Source: a virus
Taxonomy: Duplodnaviria > Caudoviricetes
Length of the DNA: 64,000 bases
IMG/VR virus record: IMGVR_UViG_3300044511_000089
Location: 277-64,276 of that record
Reading direction: 5' to 3' (one strand)
Positions 31,101 to 37,131 of the stretch are shown in pieces. Both the position numbers and the translations under genes were made by a program. The notes beneath the pieces were generated by a model. The model did no database searches, was not told where the DNA came from, and worked only from the letters and a program-made list of their open reading frames with translations. The stretch's first letter is position 1; each line of letters opens with the position of its first letter.

Positions 31101-34100
31101 CACCTGCGCTTGCCAGTTCGTCATTGTCGAGGTCGGCTTTCCCAAGCCATTCCAGCATCACCTTGCGATAGGTCGTGACGAAATCCTTGATGGCGTTCGC
31201 GGTTCCCTTGGCAGCCTGATACGCAACGATTCCGGCCCTTATAGCGTGCGGCATCGCGTCCTCGACCGCTCTTATCATCGCCCACGTCACCACACCGGAA
31301 ATGGGTTCAATGAAGCTGAACAGCCTTGCCCTGTTCGCCTTCGACCTTGCCTCTGCGTTGGCAAGCATCCGCTTCAACGCGGCTTCAATCGGGTCGTCAC
31401 CAGCAGCCTTGGCAGCGGCTTCTTGCTCTGCTTCTTGCTTTGCAGCTTCCTCGAACAACTTGCGGACACGCTCGCCTGCCGCATCAATCATCGCCTCGTC
31501 CGCCTTGGCTTCGAGAGCCTCAACGTCGGTGGCATCCACCATCCCCACCACCACGGTTCCGTGTTCCGTCTTGATGACCTTGTCCACAACTCGGCCTGCG
31601 TCTTCCTTCTTGGCGGGTTCAGCCTGAGGGACGGCGTCAGCGGGTTTCGCAGGAGATGGGGCAGGCTTGGGTTGCTGCTCCACCACTTGAGTCACAGGGA
31701 TGGCGTCGTCTGGAACAACCGAAAGAGCGACAACAGCCTCGGTCTTGCCTTCACGCGCCTTGGCGTCCTCTGCGACCACCTGTTCGGTGGCCTTTGCAAA
31801 CAGAGCGTCGAGTTCGGGCGTTGATGCCGTCGGGGTTACCGGAGCAACTGGTTCGGTCGGTGTCAGCACCGCCATCACCGCGCCCATGTCTATCACCGCT
31901 TCTTCCTTGACGGGCTTTTCCTTCGTCTCCTTTGGCTTTGGAGCAGCTTCCTGCTTCGGCTCGACAAGCTTCCTGTGGGCCGCTGTCGCCTTTGCCATTG
32001 CGTCCACCGCCGAGAGCAGCTTCTTGCGGTTGGTTTCGGTCGGGTTCTTCTTCCACTCCGCCCTGAGTTCCTCGACCTTCTTGAGGGCGGAGGCGAGTTC
32101 CGCCTTGGATTCCTTGATGCGCGCCGCCTGTTTCTTCGTGGCGTCCTCGACCTTCGTGTTCTTGAGCGCCTGAGTCTCGGCGGCCAAAGCCCTTAGCTCG
32201 GCGTCCAACTCCTTGTTGGCCTCCTTGATGCGTTCTGTGTCCTTCGACTTCTTGGCTTCGTCACTCTTTTCCTTCGCGCGACTCACCCTTGTCAACCTGT
32301 CGGCGACCTTCTTCTTGCCTGCCTTCACTTCCTCGGCTTCTTCCTCGGGTGCGGCTTTCTTCGCTTCAGTGGCTGGCTCTAGCTTCTTGGTCGGGGCAGG
32401 AGCCAGTCCGCGCGTCACCAGCTTCGCCATCACAGCCCTGACCTCGGGCGTAATCTCAATGTCAATGGCGCTGCCTGAAATGGTCTTGTAGATGTCGTTC
32501 ATCCACTTCTTGATGGCCGCGAAGACCTTCTTCAACGTGGCGTTCTCAGCCCCGCCGTCATAGAGGAACCGCTCGAACCCACGGGCGAACTTCTCCTCGG
32601 CAGCCTCGCTCCACACGCCATCCTTGGCACCGGCCCAATCCTCCACGGTCTTGATGTCCCCGTCCGTGATGCCGCTGCGGTGCTCGGCGGGGACATTACG
32701 GTTTAGCAGGTTCAATCGTGCGACGTGCGCCATCTCGTGCACGAACGAACTGAAGTCCGCGTTCTTGAAACCCCAGATAATGGCACGACCATCTGCGGCG
32801 ATAGCCACCATCGCCTTCGCCCCGAGACGGGAGCCTTGGAAGAACGTGCTTGCGGTCGGCTCCTGACCCGCTATTCCGCCCGACTCGTAGTGAAGAACCT
32901 CGACAGGGGACAGGTCGCGGCCATTCACCCCTACGATGTGGATGAGCTTATCGTCGAAGATGACGTAGTTGTAAGTCGCATCCTTTTTAATCCGGTCATA
33001 GTGCGCTTGTGCTTCGTCGCGCGTAGCAAACAGTTGCAAGCCAAGTGACCCCCCTGATACGCGCCATAAGCCGCCGTCCTCCTGATGCTGTTCTGGAGGT
33101 GTGACGCGGCTGAACTGGTCCTTGTAGCGGATACCCTTGACACCGTGTGCACGCAACGCTTTGGACGCCACGCGCTTGTTGTAGTGCGTTTCGGGGCCGT
33201 ATCCGACCAGATAGTTGTATGCGAACCCCCCATTCGCATTCAACTCTTTAGACACGTCATCGTCCGGTGCCACCCCTAACGCATCGATGGCCTTCTTTAC
33301 GACATCGGGTTGTTCACCAAGCGGTGCATCCCAATCGAGCAACTCATCCACGTTGGCGTCCACTGACACCTTGTAGATTGGGGTCTTCTGCCATTTCCAC
33401 TGTATGCCGCGCTCCTTTAGTGCCTCAGGGTTTCGCTCTAGTTCATACAGAATATCCCGCACCTGAGCCAGCGCGTCTTCTAACTCTGTGTCTACGGGTG
33501 ATGATGGAAACCCGGCTGCTTCCCTGTGTTTTTTGACGTCTATGGCTATATCCAGTCCCTTACGAGCAAAGATGACGTCCTCAAGCGTTACGGGTCCATC
33601 CTCGCTAACATCTCTGCGCTGCTGAATCGCACTCCATAGCCGATTGGCCACATGGTGATTTAGTAGCACATCCTCCGTTAGAGGCCGGTTGTTCTTGTCC
33701 ACCACGCTTGCGCCAGACAGTGGCAGTCTGTCTGACATCTCGTCCTGATATTGCTTTGCGACGGCGGGTGATTGGGCAATGTAGATGCCCCAGCCGAATG
33801 ACGCAGTGCCCTGACCGTTGCCAATGAACTTAACCAGAAGCCTTCGCTCCTGAGGATTCTTCTGGTTTAGAATGTCGGCATAGGATGCGTGCAACCCTTC
33901 AAGCTGAAGCAGGATTCCGCCGCCATCGAAGTCCTTCGGTATCTCCGCGCTTGGCGCTGCGATGGCCAGCCTGTTGAGCGGTATGCCCATCGCCTTGGCC
34001 AGTGCGACAGCCGCCTCCGCTTGGTCGTCGTCCAGATGGAACGCCTTCTTCAGGATGCCGCGTGACACCGCATGGATGTCCTTCGATTCCTCCCATGCCT

Positions 34101-37100
34101 TCTGCTCGGCGTCCTTCTTGCGCTTCTTGGCCTCGGCCAGCAACGCTTCGTTCTCCTTGATGAGCGGCCAATACTTCGCCGTGAGGTCGGGATACTCAAG
34201 GATGCCAGAGCCGACTTCCTTGTCCTTCTCAGCCAGTTCAATGACCCGTTCCCTGTGAAACGCCTCGATTTGCGGAAGATGCGCCTGTATCCATTGAGAG
34301 GAAGCCGTGGCAGACAGGAGACTAATCAACCCGTCCAGCGTGGTGTGGGGAAGGATGATGTAACGCGACAGGATGCTCCTGAGTTCCGGGTCGATGGCCA
34401 CCGGCGGTGGGGCCGTGGCGGGTGCTGGCTGTGCGGCGGCCTCCTTGTCGGCATCCGCCTTGACCCGTTCCCAAATCCTCTGCGCCCGTTTCTCCGAGAT
34501 GCGTCCACGATACTTCCCGTGGATGCCCTCGGCTGACAGCATCCCGGTTCCCTTGCTGGCGAAGTATTTGTTCGTCGCCTTGACCTGCGCAACGAGGTCG
34601 TCGTCCAGCTTGTCCGATTCAGCCTTCAACAGTTCGTAGGCGGCCCGCTTCTTTTCCTCGACTTGAATGGCGTGCAAGTCGCCTTCACCGGCTGATTCTT
34701 CCTCGACGAGGGTGGCAAGGCTTCCAAGCTGCCGTTCGGTAAGGCCGAGCTTGGTCTTTACTTCGGACGTGATGCGGCTCACCAGCTTGGCGTTGCTCGC
34801 CTCGGAAGGCTTCTTCTTCGGTTGCGCCACCTTCTTGGCAGGCTCCTTCACAGCCTCCTTTGCAGGTGCCGTCACCTTTTCTGTCTTCTGCGCGACCTTC
34901 GGTGCAGGTGCAGGAGTAGGAGTAGGAGCCACAGCCTTGGGCTTCGGTGGGGCCGCTACGGTTTCCTCTTTCTCCGAAACCTTCAGGCCACCCACACCAA
35001 GGTCGGACGGATGGTATTGGTACGCGCTCTTTGACCCTTCGGGGACTGCCTCGACAAGCTCCGGGCTGATGATGTCCGTGACGGTGACGTTTTCGCGCAC
35101 CATCTCGTTGTTCAGCTTCCTGCGTCCCGTGGTCTGCTGGCCAATCGTGATGGCGACACCCTTGTCGTCGACCAGTGTTGGAACCTTCCGCGTGATGGCC
35201 GGTGCTGGCTCAGGCTCAGCCGGTTCTTCGGCTGGCTTCGCAGCCTCGGGGACAGGCTGGATTTTATTCAGCAAACCGATTGCGCCTTCCTTGACCTTCT
35301 TCTGTTCCTCAGGCTTCAGGTCGGCGAATGGCCGGTGGATGTCGGGCGCGTCCCCAATCAACTGCTTCCGCTCGTCCACGTCGGACCCGTTCCAGATGTG
35401 CGCCGCAGCCTCGTCCTCGGTGAACTTGCCGAACACCTTCTTGACCTTCCAACGACCGTTCGCGTCCAGTGACTGTGTTCCATCCTCGTTGAACTGGACC
35501 GCAAGGACAGGCTGGTCGCTGCGCTTGCCCGCCTCGTCCACGGTGTAAATCAGCCCGCCAAGAATGGCCGCCTTGCCTCCATAGTATTGCTCGAAATTGT
35601 CCTGTGTCAGAACCGTGTCCCCATCAAGGACAAGCTCGCCGTTGAACCGAATCCCGGTATCAGCCTCCGGTGTCGGTGTAGGTGTCACCGCTCCGCTGGC
35701 AGCAGGTGTTCCGGCAGGCGGCGTTGCGGTTCCAGCAGGAGCGCCAGCAGGTGGGGTCGCGGGGCCAGCAGGAGCGCCAGCAGGTGGCGGTTCCTCGGTC
35801 GCCGGTGGTTCGGTTCCAGTGTCCTCCGTTTTGGGCGCTTTCCGTGTGGGCGGTGGCTTCCTGTGAACCAAGGCCGAGAACGGGGAACTGATGCCGACAC
35901 CCGCAGCGCCACCAATCGCGCTGTTGATGACCCTGTCCACGTTGTCGCGCGTCCACACGATTTCCTTCTTCGCAGCGTGCGCCTCGGCAGCGATGTTGAT
36001 GACCTCCTGCAACCCTTCCGTGATTGCCTCCGAAGGGATGCTATCCGCCGCGTCTTGAATGACGCGAACAAGATAATGCTTCGCTTGTTTCTGGCCCAAC
36101 CCCGGAAACTTCAGGGCAAGCGCCTTGGCTGATACAAGGTTCTGGACGTTGTTTGGCAGCATGTCCAGAGAGCCGACGGCCAGACCGTAGGTCAGGGCGT
36201 AGAACAACCTGTCCGATTCCGGGATGTCCGGGTTGGCCATGAGGTTCTGGTAGACCTCGCCCTGCCCAAGCGCCGCCGAGTTCGCCATCACCACGCCTCG
36301 GGAAGCCCACAAGCCCTTTGTCGCGTTTATCTCCTGAGTCAGCAGGCTCCTGCTTATGGGTGACAGGGCCGCCGCTCCAATCCGCCCCTCAAGTGCGTCG
36401 GTCAGTTCTTTCTTAACCACGGCTTGAGCAGCGTCGGTCAGCCCGTGTCCAATCTCCTTGGCGACTGCCTTCTTCAAGAGGCTCTTGACCGCCGACTTGC
36501 CAAGGAAGCCACCGATAAACCCTACCGGCGCAGCTTCCGGCCCTGCTGCGCCTGTACTTATCAACGCCCCTGCTACGCCCGTGGCTGTGGACTCAACAAT
36601 GGACGGGAACACTTGGCCCGCTTGTGAAGCGAGATACTTGGCAAGCGAGGAAGCTGAATCAACGTCCCTGTAGCTTGGAACGGCTGGCCGCAGGTCTTCC
36701 CTCGTCGCCTGTGCCTCGGCCTTGTGCGCCAGCTCACCGAAGAACTTCTGCCCACCCTCGAAGTCAGCGACCGCACTCGCCAACTGACCGAAAGAGGCGA
36801 TGGTCGACCCGAGACTGTAGGTGCCAGCCTTGATGCCCTTGACACCCTCGGCGATGACACCGCTGCTCGGGACGAATGATTCAGCAAGCTCTCTGGCTCG
36901 CTTCACAGCAGGCGACTCGCCCGTCTTCAGGGCGTTGTAACGCGTCAAGAATGACGGTTCCGCAGTCCTAAGCTCGTCAGGAGAGGCGGCGTCTCCCATC
37001 GCCTGAATGATGTCGTTGTCAGTGCGGGTGTCATTCGGGTAACGGGCGCGATGCTGTCGCAGGAGGATGTCGATGGGACTCTCCCCAGTCGCAGCGGCAC

Positions 37101-37125
37101 CGGGCATCTGAAGCGTGTCGGGCAC
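19171..37125 (-). CDS. Giant (5984 aa) polyvalent ejection/internal virion protein: ART-like, 3 zincin metallopeptidases, Strawberry-notch SF2 helicase
   Basis: Third ejection-gene position with Gly-rich hydrophobic ends. ART-like motifs FGWGIY, GVKGIRY, NYVIFDD. Zincins HEMAH..EEKFARGFERF, HEAVH and HECIH. Helicase motifs LADGTGVGKT, FDEVH, SAT, SGGVGIDL, QVLGRVSR. Confidence 0.88.
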   Translation of the reverse strand: MPDTLQMPGAAATGESPIDILLRQHRARYPNDTRTDNDIIQAMGDAASPDELRTAEPSFLTRYNALKTGESPAVKRARELAESFVPSSGVIAEGVKGIKAGTYSLGSTIASFGQLASAVADFEGGQKFFGELAHKAEAQATREDLRPAVPSYRDVDSASSLAKYLASQAGQVFPSIVESTATGVAGALISTGAAGPEAAPVGFIGGFLGKSAVKSLLKKAVAKEIGHGLTDAAQAVVKKELTDALEGRIGAAALSPISRSLLTQEINATKGLWASRGVVMANSAALGQGEVYQNLMANPDIPESDRLFYALTYGLAVGSLDMLPNNVQNLVSAKALALKFPGLGQKQAKHYLVRVIQDAADSIPSEAITEGLQEVINIAAEAHAAKKEIVWTRDNVDRVINSAIGGAAGVGISSPFSALVHRKPPPTRKAPKTEDTGTEPPATEEPPPAGAPAGPATPPAGAPAGTATPPAGTPAASGAVTPTPTPEADTGIRFNGELVLDGDTVLTQDNFEQYYGGKAAILGGLIYTVDEAGKRSDQPVLAVQFNEDGTQSLDANGRWKVKKVFGKFTEDEAAAHIWNGSDVDERKQLIGDAPDIHRPFADLKPEEQKKVKEGAIGLLNKIQPVPEAAKPAEEPAEPEPAPAITRKVPTLVDDKGVAITIGQQTTGRRKLNNEMVRENVTVTDIISPELVEAVPEGSKSAYQYHPSDLGVGGLKVSEKEETVAAPPKPKAVAPTPTPAPAPKVAQKTEKVTAPAKEAVKEPAKKVAQPKKKPSEASNAKLVSRITSEVKTKLGLTERQLGSLATLVEEESAGEGDLHAIQVEEKKRAAYELLKAESDKLDDDLVAQVKATNKYFASKGTGMLSAEGIHGKYRGRISEKRAQRIWERVKADADKEAAAQPAPATAPPPVAIDPELRSILSRYIILPHTTLDGLISLLSATASSQWIQAHLPQIEAFHRERVIELAEKDKEVGSGILEYPDLTAKYWPLIKENEALLAEAKKRKKDAEQKAWEESKDIHAVSRGILKKAFHLDDDQAEAAVALAKAMGIPLNRLAIAAPSAEIPKDFDGGGILLQLEGLHASYADILNQKNPQERRLLVKFIGNGQGTASFGWGIYIAQSPAVAKQYQDEMSDRLPLSGASVVDKNNRPLTEDVLLNHHVANRLWSAIQQRRDVSEDGPVTLEDVIFARKGLDIAIDVKKHREAAGFPSSPVDTELEDALAQVRDILYELERNPEALKERGIQWKWQKTPIYKVSVDANVDELLDWDAPLGEQPDVVKKAIDALGVAPDDDVSKELNANGGFAYNYLVGYGPETHYNKRVASKALRAHGVKGIRYKDQFSRVTPPEQHQEDGGLWRVSGGSLGLQLFATRDEAQAHYDRIKKDATYNYVIFDDKLIHIVGVNGRDLSPVEVLHYESGGIAGQEPTASTFFQGSRLGAKAMVAIAADGRAIIWGFKNADFSSFVHEMAHVARLNLLNRNVPAEHRSGITDGDIKTVEDWAGAKDGVWSEAAEEKFARGFERFLYDGGAENATLKKVFAAIKKWMNDIYKTISGSAIDIEITPEVRAVMAKLVTRGLAPAPTKKLEPATEAKKAAPEEEAEEVKAGKKKVADRLTRVSRAKEKSDEAKKSKDTERIKEANKELDAELRALAAETQALKNTKVEDATKKQAARIKESKAELASALKKVEELRAEWKKNPTETNRKKLLSAVDAMAKATAAHRKLVEPKQEAAPKPKETKEKPVKEEAVIDMGAVMAVLTPTEPVAPVTPTASTPELDALFAKATEQVVAEDAKAREGKTEAVVALSVVPDDAIPVTQVVEQQPKPAPSPAKPADAVPQAEPAKKEDAGRVVDKVIKTEHGTVVVGMVDATDVEALEAKADEAMIDAAGERVRKLFEEAAKQEAEQEAAAKAAGDDPIEAALKRMLANAEARSKANRARLFSFIEPISGVVTWAMIRAVEDAMPHAIRAGIVAYQAAKGTANAIKDFVTTYRKVMLEWLGKADLDNDELASAGDVVDWMALEAVKEIEQSGTRKLRIQQAVFSEFAQGGRQREFVNIFKTIRKQIKDVQPDEVAPAYFAAFENWMFSLNGAELVELLKKHRLFAPEGKPYFLRTEVNENFFGALNRDQAAFGYIRDEILQYLKENYPNSYDKFFQAWSAMREKIGRRVRKVVEAHKTGHELLTPEDIDFDNTVLIAEKVKPGIKLTKGAVERLVTPDEVKHRVDSIIKEYGIFEGAKAVLEKRVAGIEETLKLIKELEDELRTKGSDERPGPNLPTLSERIAVARNYLKAQEADLNQDLANEVDKHIVPAFYEISPDELANVPRLMDTFASEGRTSAGTEGDIHLEHESKKVVYLLDKQTGKVIGGSFLRRFTKGGAFEDWMIWPENAKNRKSKWNRRLPEILAERMENGELRYVPIASARFKYRIRKYYSIYDSVEQFEKEFAEPARDMQATTRSRYSVLEEAQRALMMEQRQEQMGEEEAVSIEATAEEEAQAEEPGSTPESLIIEAKTAPREDLVEDAHDNARRRVEEIGSTLWDTVQWWAEKGELTWKIFDAAWEDTFERKVQALRQTKKERNATRERLLNRFVNDYAALLKTVAAEHRVMGRHEMSDWLVKSGMPISSIPQDHKAFLQLFLKRFVYDVAKAYDGQGKTDFVRGLSRRVMATATYDSVLRQLGKDIELLQPSIADLVRVAGMTRQTLPHPSTYSAILRRFSKELYAASGALLSFPALTPEQFKAFTNLAINLMRKGAQDIKTVGKALFEHAATLGQQVFTALVHALEQVYNTAAAILRHVHKQAPQQVNISGISHEADVKRVTQAVIASTQWATQVSDGGASGGLAAGSTDTTDTGGGKQTGVSGTAGTGGTSGGGSVSGGTKPKEPTKPPVRKGVDPRTIEAEKKYGKRPPLIWPGEKLLPTGIPSFLRSTDYPILTPHQRVAVNYALHRFLTLRLRAFMLADGTGVGKTMTELVVANEIAKRTGKKVLIVTPSPPIIRSRFLVDMKRLGIDLTNFEFSTYDWVRRGAETGALPESSSSSIPNASIGDGDYGVVVFDEVHNMKNLGSGKTLAALDVKADHELLASATPFDKPGGAVVILAKLEEKTIEQMEGELGMIREEEEDAEGKITIKHRPDTSAGYDQDRIDSIIAVKRDGVARNSGFIRRFFPVFSVNPDQPIRKQMIGLSDRLQKEQEAIMEYWEARMAEAKGPYRGRLKAMMLGELARWVEPTKAGEVIKLALNDIRQGKKVVIFADGINDTRIKGLRGRKFKGFINTLTGMLDDVMVTDAKGVRRKPKWVGIFGRHNKEKSMDAFQNGDADIVIATARSGGVGIDLDDQIGHAPRMVYIVTADYAGDVFDQVLGRVSRMMTKSPVDIRLIFSNDAVADRHHEGVLNRKFRTLNAMQHGTELDATDLTASEEAGQSGTIDEVASIPEGVTVTALPNGKFLLTDAVAGTIEGNTDAAEGIIEGSRGDERLRRHYGGAFDFEVVTEPELGWVVNQPALDYLKDKLAPLFEQEDDTGTRIPSVATPVAPRRLTPQQEHEQLGRELNQDAAAPSAMLSEDGMRVEMASAPNDSVLATVFNSTKATRIAEQGGALINGLMTTYAITQDVRSGKFTTTMTRGGVRFETLRDVTYEEAKAYAAQVMKAEADNASAATDFKAALVTAFGEAVAKDGTIDTKATMGVLARHLTKPRRNETARQKRIRQAQRVVAILLERVLPEGLRVVLDDARVKMVEGFGASHGDYDLITGDIALFTRVIVTDSRNRNTMLSVPLDEVADILIHEAVHAASSRLIYRYNSMRETLSRAELAAMHKLEELWEEAVYKFREEAGTKAKLPYGLTNLHEFLALVLDPSQAEYAFGNSGYHEAIESAANKLGYRGPERFILLGRLMQSITGFMHRVIEAVKNLILSQVRRDVAHDLIDRHHVSERELGDALEYLLGTSMRVLNVYNAKREESFFEDIRRKQTPYRAERTGEDVYGSTRHASVEPQSRRWNQDVRIGGYPITMQFELVQEGEWSFRWSVSAGEFEQHGARPSRMSAMQAMDTARIAIHEQVSAKAVDGIATKLRKEVFPNATNKDGTLSAHAVMERLVTILNADMERGAAKETETRRAEAVVARALVRLLKHDDVPITLNTHMDPVWMGTYNNSTSGITLYLQSFRLARAVTNLDPDDLLDVYTIQTLIHECIHAVSSRLIHRYNVAPETLSADERSAMERLQQLYDEALLSFRQGVLGELAQEDVVLPYELTNLHEFVAFLFDPRRFSVSDPTSNTSTGATLDAARKILKDKGATVAERRSALATILQNINGFLQRVIEALVGLMEASYKAELKDRPDLKRVLPSANEVAEATRYIMATASDVLQVVDAKKEKFMVETMPVLSRLGSQTHAMPAAPRTPTVSRTTAVEMIAAQNNTLLDAVTAVSTDPEVLAVYNGDMAKRKKKATPLDHVLSLLNMDDPREMNKALAEQRESTGDPVKFDPEKRLDGFRSKAARDKTIGEAARAMQKTAGKLAGLMTETMSDIIRTGKVLVKAEDEFAAEQAHYADWLYAAANAVSAMKREIRRMFSQLEGRTKRESLVMQVMKVLDPSATLKKYGDTFHDLFGKDSGLNPDGLFEVLEQLALDPTIDFTASPADIIAALKADPAYAELVDGSLRSVAMTASIIAFAKTHMRTMAAIELRKHQDGAARVDIAKSVADADRDVYRGDKRALVSSVGDLKRTATIAERYRNAHLKAKVDLRNARRAHERLQSRLKMGQAALKVLNTHVSRLNAGLSLSADFEFLDKATVVVPPSPDATREQLVSEGSRKTLRLSNKGTVTNPDEVEGWLLSMKEFMLAREERAASGDEGALDSDYEYIKRQFRILADNHHIRVNVAASEKLMMELGFAPVWKKIADAFGTGIARAIMVMGHKFQTLDYEFRNTHERYGRRIFDLENHVLALMPEWVSDKRAFLREHMLDPVRNALQYNYDLEEKYADNPSALTSAIWNRVMKMLMDNEGTKHIVSADPEAWRSALKDLVDMQSEFMDWAMDKVERSGIGVEDESLKVFNPATGKYETAIRRHIPKGSYTFPQTLHRRFKMMVRTLRDIGWSDMNFDDADQLYENDRAALEALVNKFYGGTYKDTVLTLFLRPLMEMPRESAFEVFKVGGDPALREAEAMEESGGDRVKYRRLLQSKRDKDTLSYRADPYLVRKAFDESGGNVIAFAENLHELTGSGKSRAEYVAYVLNRLGYYYKHADHILKEAEGDAANDVTGIENMSPDAFINPRVIEDLPGEWFSYYNFDQRVAAQVARRIAAQTAFGRGQRTLANAWRDLTEEVQSGIDALDNARREVDKEAAGEVLSASEHEARVRAKLGDVRYKTLVKWEKRFGILDESKHSLSDYFRRDNHPEHLTRGLFMFSSTLAGMMVNQIGSAIAQLGALVDLSFRWGAGSDVLKAVGGTVPEAGVEIAHSLVQAIGLQWQNESEEQKLWEELKLTDPAAVKKLTDVRYPLEGEQRSAQVFRGIQDVLGFAVGKAGGEAKHTLIRPFAPFSFSAIVANKVLTFRTWKLAKVYINRAMEVLDGDPDAEITGETMGYTGLRKDSFMRFDADMKNWGLDLKTIAKDAIERRERGDTNQLTNKTAIAIHAMMMSEVSSENNISTMPLAAFNNSIIRFSSPLLGWSWRRMVAIPGLRLNTEGRNSMKAALGGIAGLGITFFGGLFLSAAVDSYYEKLLRRRRNVRLLGGENPVAAAFENVNRIGTFGLFGDAINTVVNTGQGGDNRGVSVDSRIIGVNSLLSLFKAGQSFFIQGDADYAGVIRPLAQAAGGGGALQYIQMVNNLADLDNAESRFIQRLNARNWLRITGRDLKMDVRQSTGGYSVPTKVTPWLGRMELATYGNDPGEFSDAYQGAIEAAREAGHDDPRDYVQRAFSARHPLRTVFRTAPSEGEYRRLLSAMSTDGADTVSDAVRVFNHFGLSIGIKPFTGTSKSRSTGMAPPLNSRNLIDAAVGMGRTSDRAFAF

Positions 37126-37131
37126 GGCGTG

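Noticed and set aside
19171-37125. Virion RNA polymerase (N4- or crAss-like) within the giant protein
   Set aside because: No DxDGD/DFDID or T7-type polymerase motifs. KDFDGG and EDIDFD occur in linker-like contexts. A very divergent domain cannot be excluded without profile searches.
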